Source of the DNA: Desulfomonilia bacterium
Lineage (GTDB): Bacteria; Desulfobacterota; Desulfomonilia; UBA1062
DNA: 64,000 nucleotides
Direction: 5' to 3'
Assembly: GCA_963664325.2 (NCBI GenBank)
Contig: CAXXDQ010000004.1
Location: 672,001-736,000, forward strand
Position 1 is the stretch's first letter. Each line of letters begins with the position of its first letter. The position numbers were made by a program, and so were the translations under genes. The notes under the pieces are model-generated. The model ran no database searches. It was not told the DNA's origin and was given only the letters and a program-made list of their open reading frames with translations. Below are positions 60,110 through 64,000 of the stretch, piece after piece.

Positions 60110-60144
60110 AAAAGAGAACGCCGGTGAGAGGTCACCGGCGTTCT
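60110..60144 (-). terminator. rho-independent terminator
   Basis: AGAACGCCGGTGA/TCACCGGCGTTCT stem followed by CTTTT on the minus strand. Confidence 0.8.
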
Positions 60145-60191
60145 GGAAAAGAGATATGTGCTAATTTATATCAATAAACAGATGTTCATGT

Positions 60192-61262
60192 TCAGTCTGC
60201 AAAATCGACCCATATCGGGGCTGTGACTGCTATCTGGATACCGCCATCCGATGTTTCGATCGTATTGAGTTCGTAAACCTTAACAAAATAATACGCATCG
60301 CCGGCAAGCGAAACTGTCGGCTGCCATAAATATTCGTCGGCAGCTTCGCTGAATGTTGTTGATGCGACGATCACGCCTTTGTTGGAAATGAGTTCCATCT
60401 TCATAATAGGCTCATCATCCGTGACTGAAACTGTAAAGGTGATTTCCGGGTCGCCCGTTGCCATCTGTGAACCCATCCAGACCGTACCTGCCTTGAAGAC
60501 GACTTTCATGTTCGGATCATCGGTTGAATATACCCTGCGTTTCCGTATGGCATCTATTAAGGATGTTCTTGAAAGTTCGGACGCAACAATTGCTGAACGG
60601 TGGCAGTTTGTGCTCATGCTGTGATTATCCTGGTTGTTTGCAGGTGCCACATGCCAGCCTTTATCAAGGGCCCTGATATACTGAAGAATATACTGATTGT
60701 CATTGTTACCTGTCCCGCCGTTCCCGGTTTCAAGCAGGCACATGTATTTATCGGCCTTGCTGATATACCTGAAATTATTATAGTTAAGGGGCTGTTCGCC
60801 TGGGTGATTGTACTGACCTATGCCGTTGTTCAACTGGAGCCATAGGTAGAACAGGTCAACAGACTGGATTGCAATGACGTTAGTCTGGGTGGTTGTTTCC
60901 AGGACATTGATATGACCCGATAGGGGATTGCCCCATTCGAAACCTCTCAAGGCGCAGAATTGGCCTGTGACATTGAATGTATTAGCAAGCGATCCGGTCT
61001 TTGACCACATCCAGGGAAAAACCTGTTCACTGTGGTCTGTAAGCGCATAAAAGTCATACTTGGCAACATCTCTCGCCCATTTGAAATTTTCTTCCGGTGT
61101 GCCTTTCCCATCTGAAAAATTGCTGTGTGCATGAAGACTTCCGTAATAGATATCCATGCCGCCGAGCAATGAATACTGATCAGCCATTGCGCTTGTCGCC
61201 ATGACTGCTACGAAAAACAGTGATAAAATTAATATAGTGACTAAACCGAATCCTTTTTTCAT
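60192..61262 (-). CDS. secreted PHP-fold (CehA/McbA-like) metallohydrolase
   Basis: GSLHAHS.FSDG, TDH, GFEW, GH.N, NHP and DNH; signal peptide. Confidence 0.85.
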   Translation of the reverse strand: MKKGFGLVTILILSLFFVAVMATSAMADQYSLLGGMDIYYGSLHAHSNFSDGKGTPEENFKWARDVAKYDFYALTDHSEQVFPWMWSKTGSLANTFNVTGQFCALRGFEWGNPLSGHINVLETTTQTNVIAIQSVDLFYLWLQLNNGIGQYNHPGEQPLNYNNFRYISKADKYMCLLETGNGGTGNNDNQYILQYIRALDKGWHVAPANNQDNHSMSTNCHRSAIVASELSRTSLIDAIRKRRVYSTDDPNMKVVFKAGTVWMGSQMATGDPEITFTVSVTDDEPIMKMELISNKGVIVASTTFSEAADEYLWQPTVSLAGDAYYFVKVYELNTIETSDGGIQIAVTAPIWVDFAD

Positions 61263-61367
61263 AATGTCTCCTCCCCATACAAATTTAATTTCCGGTTATT
61301 ATCTGAAAGATAATTAATTGCAGTTAGCACCTATGATATCTTTTGTCCACATTATTAACAATTTGCT

Positions 61368-62321
61368 TCAGGAAAAACTGGCTGCTTCGTATGTTCTTGC
61401 TGCAGCCATTTTTCTCTTTTTGCTCAGCATGTATCTCAGCCTGCCTAGGAACAGGGCGCCATCCATTGTAATTCTTGTGGATAATGTAAAGGGCATCAGC
61501 CATCTGCCTTTCGGCAAGACCTGGTTTTTCCTCGGAAATTCTTTCATTTCCAAATCTTCCACAACAATTCCGGACCCGCCTTTTATCTCGGAAAGTCTTC
61601 TCCCGCTTCCATCAAGTATGCAAGTACCCTCGGTAAAACTTACATCCATCCTGAGAAAACGCGGCAGGTATGGAATCCTTGAATGCGCTTCGCCGGTCTT
61701 GTTTGATACTATGACGGGGCAGGCGAGAAAGGATGCATAAAGTTCAGGGGTAATTCTGTATTCTTCCACCCACGCCTTTTTATCCTTTGGGAGACAGAAC
61801 CAGGGAAGTTCAGGCGAAGAATAGGCGATCAGTAATATGTCCGGACTCAGTTCTATGAGTCTTTTTATGGTATGTGTTTTAGTCGTGTCAAAGCAAATGG
61901 CAACCCCGATCCTTCCCAGCTTTGTATCGAATACGCTCTGATTGATGCCTTTCGCACTGAAAGTGAAGGCCTCGTAGCTTGCAGGTTCGATTTTACGGTG
62001 AAAGAAAAACTCATCAGGTCCGACAAGAATGAATGTATCGAAAAAATCCCTGCCATCGGTTTCTAGAATGCATATGCCGAGATATGCATCATATTTTGAA
62101 GCAAGCTCCTTCAGCCATTTATAGGTTTTCCCTTTAAGAGGCTCTGCCGAGTCCCATATGCCATCTTCGAACATATATCCGGCCAGTGCAAATTCCGGAA
62201 GAAGTATCAGTTTTGCACCTTTGGAGGCGGCTTCCATAATATGAATTTCCGCCCTTGCCATGTTTGCTTTGTAATCAGTATTCAAAGAAACCATTTGAAC
62301 GGCCGCTGCCTTAAGGCTCAT
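61368..62321 (-). CDS. carbon-nitrogen hydrolase (nitrilase superfamily)
   Basis: Catalytic triad motifs LPE, HRK and ICFD. Confidence 0.9.
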   Translation of the reverse strand: MSLKAAAVQMVSLNTDYKANMARAEIHIMEAASKGAKLILLPEFALAGYMFEDGIWDSAEPLKGKTYKWLKELASKYDAYLGICILETDGRDFFDTFILVGPDEFFFHRKIEPASYEAFTFSAKGINQSVFDTKLGRIGVAICFDTTKTHTIKRLIELSPDILLIAYSSPELPWFCLPKDKKAWVEEYRITPELYASFLACPVIVSNKTGEAHSRIPYLPRFLRMDVSFTEGTCILDGSGRRLSEIKGGSGIVVEDLEMKEFPRKNQVLPKGRWLMPFTLSTRITMDGALFLGRLRYMLSKKRKMAAARTYEAASFS

Positions 62322-62401
62322 TTTCCCCTCCCGTAATAATGTTATATTAAGAGATGCCCTCTGAAAGTAAAGATGGTTAAGGATATCCGGAAATCAATCC
62401 A

Positions 62402-63079
62402 TCAGGAAAGCCCTTTCAGGAATTCTATAGTCTTGAGGGGCCTGTGCGAGACCTGTTCGCATAATTCAAAGAGGAACAGGCTTATTTCATTTTTCGCCCT
62501 GGCGCTTACGTGGAGCCTTGATAGCAGCTCCGGTTCAAGCATGCATGCACGTTCCATGAACATGATGGCCTCTCCGGACATGCCTGACATCGGAAGCGGC
62601 TCACCTTTAATCAGGGCTTCCTTGACATTAAAACCATAACCGAGAGATTCCAGGATTCCCGTCAGTGCCGAGGCCCAGAAGCAAAACCACTTTTTCTCGG
62701 GACTGAAGAAGGCCAGCGATTTTTTCAGTACATCAAACACCTTGGGGTGAGGATCGAGTGGGGCAAGATTGACTGCAGGTATTTCCAGAAGTATGGATGC
62801 ATGTGAAAACAGATTTAAATCCTCCCTTGCCCAGAGATTTGCGTTTACAAGTGTTGCCTCCTCGATCCTGAACAGTTCTATGCCGGGTTTTATAAATAAC
62901 TCCGCTTCAATCTCGGAAAAAGGTTCAAGTGTACCGGGAAAACGCTTAGTACTTCTTCGAGCCCCTTTTGCGATTGCATTTATGAGGCCCATGTTCGGGG
63001 AAAGCATGATGATGATTCTGTCGGATTCGGAATAATCCCTTGTATTGAGTATTATCGCTCTGGTTTTGGTTCTCGGCAT
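62402..63079 (-). CDS. recO: DNA repair protein RecO
   Basis: A.IL...DYSESDRI, AKGARRS.KRF and LEPF. Confidence 0.9.
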   Translation of the reverse strand: MPRTKTRAIILNTRDYSESDRIIIMLSPNMGLINAIAKGARRSTKRFPGTLEPFSEIEAELFIKPGIELFRIEEATLVNANLWAREDLNLFSHASILLEIPAVNLAPLDPHPKVFDVLKKSLAFFSPEKKWFCFWASALTGILESLGYGFNVKEALIKGEPLPMSGMSGEAIMFMERACMLEPELLSRLHVSARAKNEISLFLFELCEQVSHRPLKTIEFLKGLS

Positions 63080-63117
63080 GACTTGAAAAATTTTTTGCTG
63101 TATCCTGTGTCTTTTGC

Positions 63118-63588
63118 TCAGGCCATAAAACTCATACCTGTCCCAGGATCAGACATATATACGGTTTTCACACCCGGCTCAGTCTCAATTAAAGATACTT
63201 CCCTGTAACGTACGGCGCAGACTACACCTGTAATGATGACAGCAATCACCAGGATGGCTGCAGCAATATACAGGTATGCCCTTTTTCTTGCTTTTGCGGG
63301 GGGATCGATCCTGCTCTGGGGGGCCATCTTTGACTTTTCAATTTTGAACAAAGACTGATCCATAAGCCTGAACAGTTCGATTTCATCCATCCCGAACTCC
63401 TTGGAGATTACCTGTAGAAAACCCCTCAAAAAGGCTCTCGGGGGCAGTATTTCAATATTGTCTTCTTCAAGCCAGACGAGTGTCTGGTAGGATATCTTGG
63501 TGCGGCGTTCAATATCTTTAAGGCTTATTCCGAGCCTTTCTCTCTCGGACCTGAAGTACTGTCCCAAAGTGAGCCTTTCAATAACCAT
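63118..63588 (-). CDS. RodZ-like HTH_25 protein with one TM (short)
   Basis: LGQYFRSERE..G.SL.DI...TKI...LE, LP...F.RGF, and a C-terminal TM. Confidence 0.82.
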   Translation of the reverse strand: MVIERLTLGQYFRSERERLGISLKDIERRTKISYQTLVWLEEDNIEILPPRAFLRGFLQVISKEFGMDEIELFRLMDQSLFKIEKSKMAPQSRIDPPAKARKRAYLYIAAAILVIAVIITGVVCAVRYREVSLIETEPGVKTVYMSDPGTGMSFMA

Positions 63589-63651
63589 ATCGGCCTCCAG
63601 CGTTTCGGAACGCTATCATGACATCATGCGGGTTTCAAGCTGTAACAGGAT

Positions 63652-64000
63652 TCAGTGATAAAGACTCCTTAAAATTCTTACCACTTCAGGAATTGAATCG
63701 GTTACAGTAAATATCGACATATCCTCCGGCTTTATCATTTTGTTTTCAACCATTGTTTTATTCAGCCAGTCAATCATGCCCGACCAGTATTCGGAACCGA
63801 AAAGAACGACCGGGAAAGGCCTTATCTTGTCGGTCTGGATAAGAGTCAGCGCCTCAAAAAGCTCATCCAGGGTTCCGAACCCCCCGGGAAAAATGACATA
63901 CCCTATCGCATATTTTATGAACATGACCTTCCTTACAAAAAAATACCTGAACGTCAGCTGAACATTGGTATAGGGATTTGGTTTCTGTTCAAAAGGGAGT
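63652..64000 (-). CDS. LOG family (TIGR00730) nucleotide phosphoribohydrolase, 5'-truncated by window
   Basis: FRYFFVRKVMF and FPGGFGTLDELFE.LTL.QT. Confidence 0.92.
   Translation of the reverse strand, partial: LPFEQKPNPYTNVQLTFRYFFVRKVMFIKYAIGYVIFPGGFGTLDELFEALTLIQTDKIRPFPVVLFGSEYWSGMIDWLNKTMVENKMIKPEDMSIFTVTDSIPEVVRILRSLYH

Overview
The window is mostly bacterial core chromosome. Gene content and order suggest a Desulfobacterota/deltaproteobacterial anaerobe (inference). It opens with a hexuronide-utilisation operon: GPH transporter, GH2 beta-glucuronidase, an unknown protein and uxaC. Next is an ~8.7 kb integrase-less island bounded by a direct duplication of the uxaC 3' end. The island carries a compact HdrC-HdrB-short HdrA-HdrD-like module, two PLP enzymes and several decayed gene fragments. 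A cluster of exported proteins follows, including a DUF1573 gene whose in-frame TGA and SECIS-like hairpin suggest a Cys-Sec selenoprotein. The middle holds an M16 peptidase pair, an AsmA-like protein, a sigma54-type small-protein unit, dGTPase, glyQS, tRNA-Ile2, a CdaA-CdaR fusion and an ECF sigma/anti-sigma/Spy/lipoprotein operon. The rest is pyrG-kdsA-kdsC-lptCAB-rpoN-hpf (rpoN and hpf each have one extra A in an A5 run), rfbBD, truA, tRNA-Leu, rpmB, rel, proS, ispG, recO and others. No CRISPR array, rRNA, transposase or integrase was seen. All product calls come from recognising motifs by eye; no database search was run.
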